A stretch of 32,739 bases of DNA from a miscellaneous Crenarchaeota group-1 archaeon SG8-32-3 (GTDB lineage Archaea; Thermoproteota; Bathyarchaeia; Bathyarchaeales; Bathycorpusculaceae). Both the position numbers and the translations under genes were made by a program. Below are positions 16,728 to 25,107 of the stretch, piece by piece; the stretch's first letter is position 1; every line of letters starts with the position of its first letter. Location of the stretch: assembly GCA_001273335.1 (NCBI GenBank), contig LFWV01000001.1:1-32739 (forward strand), in the 5' to 3' direction. The notes under the pieces were generated by a model. The model was not told where the DNA came from. It made no database searches and worked only from the letters and a program-made list of their open reading frames with translations.

Positions 16728-17168
16728 ATGGCGGCGAAGGCAAAACAACGTGCGCTTATCGCGAAAGGCATGCTTTCTCACGGACAGAAAGTTACGCGAG
16801 GCCTTCTAGCGGGCTCTAGCCTGAGATGTACTGATAACACTGGCGCACGTGTACTACGCTTAATCCAAGTCATGGGCTATAAAGGTCGATTAAGACGCTA
16901 TCCTTCCGCTACTGTGGGTGACAAAGTTACTGTTTCTGTTAGGCAAGGAGCACCAGATATGCGAAAAAAGATTTTTCAAGCAGTGATTGTTAGACAGAGG
17001 AAGCCTTACAAGCGAATTGACGGCGTCTGGGTTCAGTTTGAAGATAACGCTGCGGTTATAATAACTCCTGATGGTGAAATGAAAGGCTCTGAAATTCGCG
17101 GTCCCGTGGCAAGAGAAGCTGCTGAAAGATGGCCGAGAATAGCAAGTGCCTCAAGCATGATAGTGTAG
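16728..17168 (+). CDS. rpl14: 50S ribosomal protein uL14
   Basis: Motifs [17 protein letters not shown] and GPVARE are present. The N-terminus may be ~14 aa shorter, with an ATG at 16770. Confidence 0.9.
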   Translation: MAAKAKQRALIAKGMLSHGQKVTRGLLAGSSLRCTDNTGARVLRLIQVMGYKGRLRRYPSATVGDKVTVSVRQGAPDMRKKIFQAVIVRQRKPYKRIDGVWVQFEDNAAVIITPDGEMKGSEIRGPVAREAAERWPRIASASSMIV

Positions 17169-17178
17169 GTGAAATTGT

Positions 17179-17796
17179 GTGCAAACAACAAAAACCGTAA
17201 AAGACCCGCGAAAACAGCGAAAACGTCTCTATAACGCTCCTGCTCATATACGACACAAGTTGATGGCTGCCCCTCTCGCACCTGAACTTATAAGGTCAAA
17301 GGGCGTTAAAACCCTTCCAGTTAAAAAAGGTGACACTGTTCGCGTGGTACGTGGAGACCATCTAGGTTTCGAAGGCAAAATTAGCCGAGTAGACATGAAG
17401 AGATATCGCATATTTCTCGAGGGCTTAACACGCGAGAAAGTTGACGGAACAAACATATTTGTTTCAGTGCATCCTTCGAAGATTATGATAAAAAACTTGA
17501 AGCTAGACGACAAATGGCGAAAAGCAATTGTTGAAAGAAAGAAGGAGCTGGGACTGCCAAAGAAAGTAGCTAAAGTAGCGGAGAGAGTAGCGAAGAAAGC
17601 TAAAGAGGAGAAAGCTGTGGTTCAGGAGAAAACCGTGAAAAAAACGCCTAAGGCCACCGAGAAAAAGGCGCGGAAGAAACCTGTCGCCGTAAAAAAGAAA
17701 AAAGACAAACCAATTAAAAAAGAAAAAAAGCCAAAGACAGTAAAGAAAACGAAAGCCAAGCCCAAAGCGCCTCCAAAAACTAAAGGAGGAACATAG
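17179..17796 (+). CDS. rpl24: 50S ribosomal protein uL24 with ~85-aa lysine-rich C-terminal extension
   Basis: KOW motif VKKGDTVRVVRGDHLGFEGKI. The core ends near aa 120, followed by a KKxK/AKK/KPK low-complexity tail. GTG start follows AGGTGA. Confidence 0.9.
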   Translation: MQTTKTVKDPRKQRKRLYNAPAHIRHKLMAAPLAPELIRSKGVKTLPVKKGDTVRVVRGDHLGFEGKISRVDMKRYRIFLEGLTREKVDGTNIFVSVHPSKIMIKNLKLDDKWRKAIVERKKELGLPKKVAKVAERVAKKAKEEKAVVQEKTVKKTPKATEKKARKKPVAVKKKKDKPIKKEKKPKTVKKTKAKPKAPPKTKGGT

Positions 17797-17798
17797 AT

Positions 17799-18563
17799 TT
17801 GGGTAAAAAAGGAAAAGTAGGGAGATTGAAACGGAACCCCGCTCCGAGGTTCTGGCCAATTCACAGAAAAGAAGCCGTTTGGATAGTTCGACCTTCATCT
17901 GGGCCTCATTCTCTTGAGAAGTGTTTACCTCTTTCAATTGTTCTCCGTGATATTCTCAAATTGGCTGAGACTAGAAAAGAAGCCAAAAAAATAATCGCGC
18001 AGGGTAAAGTCTGCGTTGACAGAAAAGTCCGGATTAAAGACGATTTTCCAGTGGGCTTGATGGATGTTATTTCAATGCCTGACCTGAACAAGTTCTACAG
18101 GGTGCTGCCTTCGCATAAAGGCTTATTTCTTAATCCTATTAGCAAAGAAGAAGCAAGTTTCAAACTCTTACGGATCGAAGATAAAAACCTAGTCAAGAAT
18201 GAACACTCGCAGATTGCTCTTCACGACGGAACAAACATGCTCGTAAAAGCAGAGGACCCTGAAAACGCGGAAGTTGTTTACGAAACTTTCGCCACCTTAA
18301 AAGTGGGGCTTCCAGAAAAGCAAGTTCTCGTCCAACTCAAAACCAAAAAAGGCAACAAAGCCATCATCACAGGCGGAAAGAATATCGGTAAAACGGGCAA
18401 AATTGTTGAGATAGAAAAAACCGTAGCGAAGAAACGTAGAAACGCCCTTGTAGTAGTCGAGGACGAGGAGGGCGGTCGTTATCAAACAATTTTAGACTTC
18501 GTCTTTTCAATAGGCGGCGACAAATCCCTCATATCTTTACCGGAGGTTAATTCCGTTGTCTGA
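17799..18563 (+). CDS. rps4e: 30S ribosomal protein eS4
   Basis: GKKGKVGRLKRNPAPRFWPI...GPH is the S4e N-terminal signature. TTG start follows AAGGAGG. Confidence 0.9.
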   Translation: MGKKGKVGRLKRNPAPRFWPIHRKEAVWIVRPSSGPHSLEKCLPLSIVLRDILKLAETRKEAKKIIAQGKVCVDRKVRIKDDFPVGLMDVISMPDLNKFYRVLPSHKGLFLNPISKEEASFKLLRIEDKNLVKNEHSQIALHDGTNMLVKAEDPENAEVVYETFATLKVGLPEKQVLVQLKTKKGNKAIITGGKNIGKTGKIVEIEKTVAKKRRNALVVVEDEEGGRYQTILDFVFSIGGDKSLISLPEVNSVV

Positions 18564-19095
18564 AGATGATATGTTTAAGCAGTGGGAAGGGCAACCAATG
18601 CTCAAACCCAGGATTGACAAAGTTGTAGTGAACCTTAACATTGGAAAATCAGGCGAACCGCTGGAGAAAGCTTCTAAGGTGTTGAAGGAATTGACGGGTC
18701 AGAAACCTGTTAAAAGGCAAGCCAAGAAAACAATAAGAGACTTCGGATTAAGGAAAGGGGAGTCAATTGCATGCGTCGTGACGCTGAGAAAAGAGTCTGC
18801 AATTGATTTCCTGAAGAAAGTTCTGCCTGTTATTGACAACAAAATTTCCCGCTCGTCTTTTGATAGACAAGGCAACTTTGCTTTTGGCATAAAGGAACAT
18901 ATTGAAATCGCGGGTGTCAAGTATGAACCAGATGTGGGCATCTTCGGCATGGATGTTTGTGTCTCAGTGAATCGACCAGGGCATAGAGTGAAGACTAGAA
19001 GAAGACAGAAAAAGCGCATAGGTTCCAAGCACTTGTTATCGCCTGAAGAGTCGATTATTTTCGTAAAGCAAGCTTTGGGAGTTGAAATCGTTTAG
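18556..19095 (+). CDS. rpl5: 50S ribosomal protein uL5
   Basis: PRIDKVVVNLNIGKSG and the GMDVCV motif are present. TTG start is 9 nt after GGAGG (18542-18546). An alternative ATG is at 18571. Confidence 0.9.
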   Translation: MSEDDMFKQWEGQPMLKPRIDKVVVNLNIGKSGEPLEKASKVLKELTGQKPVKRQAKKTIRDFGLRKGESIACVVTLRKESAIDFLKKVLPVIDNKISRSSFDRQGNFAFGIKEHIEIAGVKYEPDVGIFGMDVCVSVNRPGHRVKTRRRQKKRIGSKHLLSPEESIIFVKQALGVEIV

Positions 19096-19110
19096 ACTGA
19101 GCGTGAATGT

Positions 19111-19275
19111 ATGGGAAAACAGCAAATGAAGAAAGAACGGAAATATGGCAAAGGAGCAAGACCTTGCGTTAGATGCGGTTCTTACGGTCCCGTTATCAGA
19201 CGTTACAATTTATATTTATGCAGGCACTGTTTTAGGGAGGCAGCGCCCAAGCTTGGGTTTAAAAAATATGAGTAG
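19111..19275 (+). CDS. rps14: 30S ribosomal protein uS14 (zinc-binding type)
   Basis: Absent from the ORF track (54 aa). Hand translation gives [54 protein letters not shown], with a CxxC...CxxC zinc knuckle. It sits in the canonical slot between L5 and S8. Confidence 0.9.
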   Translation: MGKQQMKKERKYGKGARPCVRCGSYGPVIRRYNLYLCRHCFREAAPKLGFKKYE

Positions 19276-19287
19276 CGAGGTAGCAAG

Positions 19288-19671
19288 ATGGATACATTAA
19301 CAAATGGCTTGATAACGGTCATAAACAATGAGATGCGCAATAAACGCGAGTGCATAATTAGCCCTGCCTCCAAGATTTTAGGTCGCGTATTAAGGATAAT
19401 GCAGCTTAATGGTTACATCGGAGAATTCGAGTTCATTGATGACGGTCGCTCAGGCAAGTTCAAAGTGCAGCTTTTGGGCAGAATAAACAAGTGTGGTGCT
19501 ATTAAGCCGAGGTTCTCCGTTAAAGTTGGTGAGTTCGAGGATTGGGAGCGGAAATTTTTGCCTTCAAGAGATGTTGGTATAATGGTTGTCTCAACTTCTA
19601 AAGGTGTTATAGCCCACCGCGAAGCTGAAGAAAAGAACATGGGAGGAAGGTTGTTAGCTTTCGTTTACTAG
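19288..19671 (+). CDS. rps8: 30S ribosomal protein uS8
   Basis: DTLTNGLITVINNEMRNK...VVSTSKGVIAHREAEEKNMGGRLLAFVY is typical S8. Confidence 0.9.
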   Translation: MDTLTNGLITVINNEMRNKRECIISPASKILGRVLRIMQLNGYIGEFEFIDDGRSGKFKVQLLGRINKCGAIKPRFSVKVGEFEDWERKFLPSRDVGIMVVSTSKGVIAHREAEEKNMGGRLLAFVY

Positions 19672-19686
19672 TGAGAGGTGTTTTTG

Positions 19687-20235
19687 ATGAGGCTGCCAGA
19701 AATTTCGAAGACAATTCAAGTTCCAGATGGTGTAGAAGTAAACGTGGAAAAACGAAGAGTCACAGTTAAGGGTGTGAAGGGAACTCTAACACGCGACTTT
19801 TCTTACGTTCCAGTATCACTTGAAGCTGGCGGTGACAAGACAGTTCGTATCTGGGCTGAGTGGCCTCGCAAGAAGGAAGCTTCTCTTGTTGGCACTGTAA
19901 ACTCTCATATTCAAAACATGATTACTGGAGTTGAGAAGGGCTTTTTATACAAGCTCAAGATTGTTTTCTCTCATTTCCCGATTTCAGTTAAGGTTCAGGA
20001 TAAAATAGTTTTGATTGAAAACTTCACTGGCGAGAGACGGTCACGGAAAGCCAAGATAGTCGGCGATGTTAAGGTCAAAGTCGAAAGCGAAGACATAACT
20101 GTTGAAGGCATAAACTTGGAGGACGTAAGCCAAACCGCCGCAAACATTGAACAAGCTACGAAAGTGAAGAAGAAGGACCCACGCGTTTTCTTGGATGGTA
20201 TATACGTGTATGAACGAAAGGAAGGAATCGAGTGA
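19687..20235 (+). CDS. rpl6: 50S ribosomal protein uL6
   Basis: VEKRRVTVKGVKGTLTRDF and the duplicated L6 domain are present. GAGAGGTG at 19673-19680 favours ATG 19687 over the track GTG 19678. Confidence 0.9.
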   Translation: MRLPEISKTIQVPDGVEVNVEKRRVTVKGVKGTLTRDFSYVPVSLEAGGDKTVRIWAEWPRKKEASLVGTVNSHIQNMITGVEKGFLYKLKIVFSHFPISVKVQDKIVLIENFTGERRSRKAKIVGDVKVKVESEDITVEGINLEDVSQTAANIEQATKVKKKDPRVFLDGIYVYERKEGIE

Positions 20236-20879
20236 TGGCTGAAAAAAAGGCATCTCTACACCAGAAGGAACTGAAAACTAGGAAACGCGTCAAGAAGAAC
20301 AAACCAGACTTTCTCAGGTCAGAAAGCTGGCGATACGTGAAGTTGAAGGAAAGTTGGCGTAAACCCCGCGGCTTAGACCACAAGATGCGGCGGAAGATCA
20401 AGGGATGGCCGCCAACAGTCAGCGTTGGCTATAAGGGACCAAAAGATGCCAGAGGACTTCACCCCTCTGGATACAGGGAAGTTTTAGTTCATAACACTAA
20501 GGAAATCTCTAAAGTTGATCCGAAATCTGAAGCTGCCCGAATAGCTCACACGGTTGGTAAGAAAAAACGGGTTCAGATTATCGCTGAAGCTAAGAAGCGT
20601 GAAATCTTCATTTTGAACTTTGCCTCAGTCGAAGAACTAGTCGAAACAGAAGAAGCGGAACCAGAAGAAGTAGAGGAAGCTGAGGAAGAAACAGAAAAAT
20701 CGGAAAAACCAACCAAGGCAGAGAATAAATCTGTGGAAAAAGAGGAGAAACCGAAACACAGGTCTATTCGTCGAAAGAAGCCCTCTCAGACGGAACAAAA
20801 ATCACCGGTTAAAAAAGCTGAGAAGCTGAAAGTAACCCGCAAGAAAGCTAAGTCTGAGAAAGGAGCTGAGAGACAATGA
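20235..20879 (+). CDS. rpl32e: 50S ribosomal protein eL32 with ~85-aa acidic-then-basic C-terminal extension
   Basis: Motifs FLRSESWRYVKLKESWRKPRGLDHKMR and VGYKGPK are present. TGATG coupling to rpl6. The tail starts near aa 130. Confidence 0.9.
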   Translation: MAEKKASLHQKELKTRKRVKKNKPDFLRSESWRYVKLKESWRKPRGLDHKMRRKIKGWPPTVSVGYKGPKDARGLHPSGYREVLVHNTKEISKVDPKSEAARIAHTVGKKKRVQIIAEAKKREIFILNFASVEELVETEEAEPEEVEEAEEETEKSEKPTKAENKSVEKEEKPKHRSIRRKKPSQTEQKSPVKKAEKLKVTRKKAKSEKGAERQ

Positions 20880-21331
20880 CCAATCTGAGTAGTCAAAGGC
20901 GTTTGGCAGCACAAATATTGAAAGTGGGCCAAAATAGGGTGTGGATTGACCCTGAACGAATGGATGATGTTGAAGGGGCTATAACTCGGGAAGAAGTTAA
21001 GAAGTTGATTCATGAAAAAATCATTGTATCCTTGCCTGAGAAGGGCGTAAGCAGGTCTCGTGCAAAGGCGGTTCGGGAAAAGAAGCGAGCGGGTCGACGT
21101 AAAGGCGCGGGTAGTCGAACTGGATCTGGCCACGCGAAGATTTCCAAGAAAGAGATGTGGATGAGTAAGATTCGTTGCTTGAGGAAAAGGCTTCGCGAGT
21201 TGAAGGCAAGCAGAGTTATTACGGAACATACTTACAGAAAATTGTATAGTATAGCTGGCAGTGGAAAATTTGAGTCTGTTGCAGAGTTGGAGCGTTACTT
21301 GAAAGCTCACGACCTCTGGAGGAAACGTTGA
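20876..21331 (+). CDS. rpl19e: 50S ribosomal protein eL19
   Basis: [24 protein letters not shown] is the L19e signature. ATGA overlap with rpl32e. Confidence 0.9.
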   Translation: MTNLSSQRRLAAQILKVGQNRVWIDPERMDDVEGAITREEVKKLIHEKIIVSLPEKGVSRSRAKAVREKKRAGRRKGAGSRTGSGHAKISKKEMWMSKIRCLRKRLRELKASRVITEHTYRKLYSIAGSGKFESVAELERYLKAHDLWRKR

Positions 21332-21948
21332 TGGCACGAGGTTCTAGTTATCGGGTTCCGCTTAGGCGGAGAAGAGAAGGAAAAACTGATTATCAAGCGC
21401 GGAAAGCGTTGGTGCTTTCTGGAAAACCGCGACTTGTCGTGCGCAACACGGTTAAGAACGTTATTGCCCAAATGGTTGTTGCAAAGCCGTACGGTGACGA
21501 GGTCTTGGTTACTGCACATAGCAGAGAATTAAAGAAGCAGAGGTGGAAAGCGCCTACGGGAAATATTCCCGCAGCCTACCTTACGGGTTTGTTGTGCGGG
21601 TTAAAGGCACAAACTAAAGGTGTTGAAGAGGCTATTTTGGACATAGGTTTAATTGCGCCCACGAAAGGCGCCAAGATTTTCGCCACGTTAAGCGGTGTTT
21701 TGGATGCTGGTGTCGATGTTCCTCATAGTGAAGAGAAAATGGTTAAGGAACGCATAGAGGGAAAGCACATCGCCGAGTACGGGAAAAGTTTGGAAGGTGA
21801 CTCTAAAGTTTACTCCGCCAAGTTCGCGAAGTACGTGGCGCAGAAATTTTCTCCTACAGAGCTTCCTGAGCATTTCTCGAAGGTTAAAGCTGACATCATT
21901 AAATCATTTGAAAAGAAAAGTGAAAAGAAGAGTGGAAAGAAAGCATGA
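21331..21948 (+). CDS. rpl18: 50S ribosomal protein uL18
   Basis: [22 protein letters not shown] is the archaeal L18 signature. TGATG coupling, with GGAGG 9 nt upstream of ATG 21331. Confidence 0.9.
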   Translation: MARGSSYRVPLRRRREGKTDYQARKALVLSGKPRLVVRNTVKNVIAQMVVAKPYGDEVLVTAHSRELKKQRWKAPTGNIPAAYLTGLLCGLKAQTKGVEEAILDIGLIAPTKGAKIFATLSGVLDAGVDVPHSEEKMVKERIEGKHIAEYGKSLEGDSKVYSAKFAKYVAQKFSPTELPEHFSKVKADIIKSFEKKSEKKSGKKA

Positions 21949-22586
21949 GTCGTAGGGATAGAGGGGAAGACCGTTTAGAGGAATGGGTGCCAAAAACACG
22001 TTTAGGCAAAATGATTCAGGAAGGCAAGATAACTTCTATCGACGAGGTTTTCCTGAGTGGTTTAAAGATATCTGAATCTCAAATTGTTGATGCTCTGATA
22101 CCTGACCTGCAAGAGGAGGTAATTAACGTTAATTTGGTTCAGAAGCAGACTGACGCGGGTGAAAAGTCACGTTTCAAGGCTATTGTGGCTGTGGGCAACA
22201 GGGACGGCTACATAGGTTTAGGCGCTGGTAAAGCTAATCAGGTGCGAACCGCTATAGAGAAGGCTGCTGCTGCCGCTAGGTTGAACATTGTTCCTGTTAA
22301 GCGTGGCTGTGGAAGCTGGGAGTGCGGTTGCGGCAAGCCTCATTCGGTGCCCTTCCAGGTTGAGGGCAAATGCGGTGGTGTGCGCGTGGTTATTGTTCCT
22401 GGACCGAGAGGTTTAGGGCTTGTGGCAAGTGAAGTTGCAAAGGTGATTTTTGGGTTGGCTGGTGTGAAGGATCTTTGGATTAGAAGTCGCGGTTCCACGA
22501 GGACTGTACCGTCTTACGCTTACGCGATTTTTGATGGGTTAAAGAAGACTTATGGACTTGTTACCCAGGCGGATTGGGTGAGGTAA
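21945..22586 (+). CDS. rps5: 30S ribosomal protein uS5
   Basis: Shows an S5 dsRBD ([36 protein letters not shown]) and the C-terminal domain. ATGA overlap with rpl18. Confidence 0.9.
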   Translation: MSRRDRGEDRLEEWVPKTRLGKMIQEGKITSIDEVFLSGLKISESQIVDALIPDLQEEVINVNLVQKQTDAGEKSRFKAIVAVGNRDGYIGLGAGKANQVRTAIEKAAAAARLNIVPVKRGCGSWECGCGKPHSVPFQVEGKCGGVRVVIVPGPRGLGLVASEVAKVIFGLAGVKDLWIRSRGSTRTVPSYAYAIFDGLKKTYGLVTQADWVR

Positions 22587-23075
22587 TTGACTAAGAAAGC
22601 TGCTGAACGGAAATGTTTTGCTGTAATAAAAGTTCGAGGAACAATCAGGGCTCAGCGTGAAGCCAGAGAAACCCTTGAGTTACTCCGTTTATCCCGAACT
22701 AACCATGCTGTGCTTATTGATAACCGCCCTTCGTACATGGGTATGCTGTACCGCGTGCAAAACTACGTTACTTGGGGAGAAGCATCAAAAGAGGCAATCG
22801 CGTTTATGCTGAAAAAGCGCGGAAGGCTAGCCGGCGGCAAGAAGTTGACGGACGAGGCGGTGGAGAAGTTGGGTTACAAGTCGATAGACGCGCTCGCTGG
22901 CGCCATCGAAAGTTGCAAGGTGGAGTTCCAGAAGCTGCCAAACGTGCAGCCAGTGTTCAAACTGCATCCCCCAAAGAAGGGTTTTAAAGGAAAAACCAAG
23001 AAAAGCTTCAGTGCAGGCGGCGAGGCAGGCTACCGAGGCGAAGCTATTAACGCCCTCATGAAACGCATGGCTTAG
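22587..23075 (+). CDS. rpl30: 50S ribosomal protein uL30
   Basis: FAVIKVRGTIRAQREARETLELLRL is the L30 signature. TTG start immediately follows the rps5 stop. It is the last gene of the cluster in this window. Confidence 0.85.
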   Translation: MTKKAAERKCFAVIKVRGTIRAQREARETLELLRLSRTNHAVLIDNRPSYMGMLYRVQNYVTWGEASKEAIAFMLKKRGRLAGGKKLTDEAVEKLGYKSIDALAGAIESCKVEFQKLPNVQPVFKLHPPKKGFKGKTKKSFSAGGEAGYRGEAINALMKRMA

Positions 23076-23149
23076 TTTTAAGGATTTCCATGAAGTACTG
23101 CGTTTGGAAAGGGTCTAAATTACGCGCGCTATATTTTGCTTAAGATGAG

Positions 23150-23995
23150 CTAAAATCTTTTTATAGCCATTCCGGTGTTTATCGCTTTTTCTGTGATTTG
23201 TTTTATTGTTTCTTTTGGGACTCCTGTTTTTCTGGCAAGCGTTGACGGTTTCTCCTCGAATAGTTGTTTAATTACAACTATTCCTGAGTTGATTAGTTTT
23301 GTTTTTGTTTTGTGTTTCAAGCCTCTGAGACAGCTCAACGGGTACAAGTTTTCTTCTTCAATCATGCTTTGCAAACTAAGGTTGGCTGGTGAACTCCAGC
23401 CGACTAGGAGAATGTTTCTGCATTTTCCATAGCGTCTCGCGTGTTCTGAGTATCTGGTGTTGGTGACTATCATTGCCCTGTCAATTTTCAAGTTACAGCT
23501 ACCACATTGAAAGCCCTCCGAGACGTCTTCCAAAATGGCTCTGGCTATTCTGCTCTCATCTAGCCCCGTTGGAGTATGATAATTCACGTGATGTTTTGTC
23601 TCAACAAAATAGGTCACACCACCTTTTCTCGCGATGGCATCAACTTCATGTTCTACACATTTTCCCGCCAAAAGCCTGTTAGTAGACACCTCAAAACCGC
23701 TATTCGCCAGCAAAATCCGAACAAAAATTTCAAACTCTGGCTTCGAATCCATAAGACTTAAGCCTCTCCTCAAGTCAAGAAGATGCCTAATCGCTGGCTT
23801 GTAGCTCCGCAGCAATCTAAACGTAATCTCCAAAATCTTACTGGTCGGTATACCATCATACAGCCTTTTTTCAACTCTCCCAACAACCTCATCAGCAATC
23901 TTCCTGTTCACGCCCATCCTCAAACAAGTCCTAACAACTTTCTCACTATCAAACAACTGCCGACTGCCATCTGCCTTAGTTATAAAAACACCCAA
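23150..23995 (-). CDS. ATP-cone domain / PD-(D/E)xK (Mrr-like restriction endonuclease fold) / C-terminal helix-hairpin-helix-like fusion protein
   Basis: aa 3-80, FITKADGSRQLFDSEKVVRTCLRMGV...LYDG..., matches the ATP-cone pattern. aa 85-135, FEIFVRILLANSGFEV...EHEVDAIARKGGVTYFVETKH, gives D119-X12-E132-x-K134, a PD-(D/E)xK core. aa 220-270, GLKHKTKTKLINSGIVVIKQL...LARKTGVPKETIKQI, looks HhH-like. TTG start. Confidence 0.6.
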   Translation of the reverse strand: MGVFITKADGSRQLFDSEKVVRTCLRMGVNRKIADEVVGRVEKRLYDGIPTSKILEITFRLLRSYKPAIRHLLDLRRGLSLMDSKPEFEIFVRILLANSGFEVSTNRLLAGKCVEHEVDAIARKGGVTYFVETKHHVNYHTPTGLDESRIARAILEDVSEGFQCGSCNLKIDRAMIVTNTRYSEHARRYGKCRNILLVGWSSPANLSLQSMIEEENLYPLSCLRGLKHKTKTKLINSGIVVIKQLFEEKPSTLARKTGVPKETIKQITEKAINTGMAIKRF

Positions 23996-24230
23996 AACTC
24001 ACACAACCAACCGTCACCAAAACTGATCATCAAACACTTATTAAAGTTATTTTTCCGCAAAAAACACTAAAAAATATCTAAGGAAGCAAGTTCTCTTAAC
24101 AAAAACCTGAAATTCCACAAGCATTTCAGCTTATAAATAAGGAGGTATAGCCTCCAAGCACAAAAGAGATCAATCAGCTTATTTGGGTCCTAGCCGTCCC
24201 TCCAACAGAAAACTGCAAAGATTACATCGT

Positions 24231-25094
24231 TTATGCTGTAGGCTTCGCTTTCTCTACCACGCTGTTTAGGCTAAGCATTTCCGTGTGCGCTTTTCTGACC
24301 AAATCAGCCATCGTTTCTCTTGTTGGAACTGGAGCATTCAACGAAAGCGAAAAAGCCTTCTGATGAGCAGTTTGCAGTAGAGGATTTATGTTGTCGGGTG
24401 TTGGGTAGGCTATGCTCAAAGATAAGGCGAAAGCTTCACTGCTACTTTCCCCAATGCTTTTACGTGTGGCTTCAACATCAATTTTAAGCAAGTCTCCACT
24501 TATAATTAACCCCTCATCCAAAACCGCTTTCATAGAAAGCCCTGCTTCAACCGCTTTAATTCCAAGCTTTGACAAAAGAGCTGCAAGCCTCTCGGAAATA
24601 ACTTCTCCTTTTCTAACAACCAACGTGTCTTTGCTTACCCAGACGCTTCCAGACTCGATCCTAGTGGGTAAACCAACAGCGTTCAGCTGACTTATTATCG
24701 GACCAGGTGGTTGTCCTGTGCTTCCTTCTGGAATAACAACGTCCATATAAGCGATGTCGCCTGATTTTGCGGTTGTCTTAACCTTGCCACGTTCCAGAAG
24801 AAGCGCTAATTTGAACGGGTTGAGATCGGTGAAGAGGAAAAGGTTTGCGCCCTCCAAGTGTTCTTCTAACTTTCTCATGTTGTCTTCTTCCATGGTTTGA
24901 ATTGCAAGCTTCGTCAGCGTATTCTTCAAAACTCTCATGTAAACTTTACCAGCAAGGCTTTTCTTCAGCTCCTGAAGTTGAGCAGCGCGAACTTTCTGCA
25001 GGCTGGCAAGACCTATAGACTTGTATCCTTTCAGTAACTCCTTTATTTCTTCAACTTCGCCAATTTTTTCTTCCAATACTTGTTGAGACGGCAT
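24231..25094 (-). CDS. rpl10: 50S ribosomal stalk protein uL10 (P0), apparently lacking the acidic C-terminal tail
   Basis: N-terminal EEKIGEVEEIKELLKGYKSIGLASLQKVRAAQLQELKKSL...VLKNTL is typical archaeal P0. 287 aa, ending ...SLNSVVEKAKPTA. It lies 13 nt downstream of rpl1. Confidence 0.85.
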   Translation of the reverse strand: MPSQQVLEEKIGEVEEIKELLKGYKSIGLASLQKVRAAQLQELKKSLAGKVYMRVLKNTLTKLAIQTMEEDNMRKLEEHLEGANLFLFTDLNPFKLALLLERGKVKTTAKSGDIAYMDVVIPEGSTGQPPGPIISQLNAVGLPTRIESGSVWVSKDTLVVRKGEVISERLAALLSKLGIKAVEAGLSMKAVLDEGLIISGDLLKIDVEATRKSIGESSSEAFALSLSIAYPTPDNINPLLQTAHQKAFSLSLNAPVPTRETMADLVRKAHTEMLSLNSVVEKAKPTA

Positions 25095-25107
25095 TTCAAA
25101 TCTTCCG

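Noticed and set aside
17503-17937. 144-aa minus-strand ORF (Phe/Leu-rich), plus 17622..17864 (-), antisense to the uL24 Lys-rich tail and the eS4 start.
   Set aside because: It is an antisense artefact of AAA/AAG-rich coding DNA and overlaps two conserved ribosomal protein genes.
20786-21337. 183-aa minus-strand ORF antisense to eL19.
   Set aside because: It fully overlaps a conserved ribosomal gene in an operon with translational coupling and has no recognisable motif.
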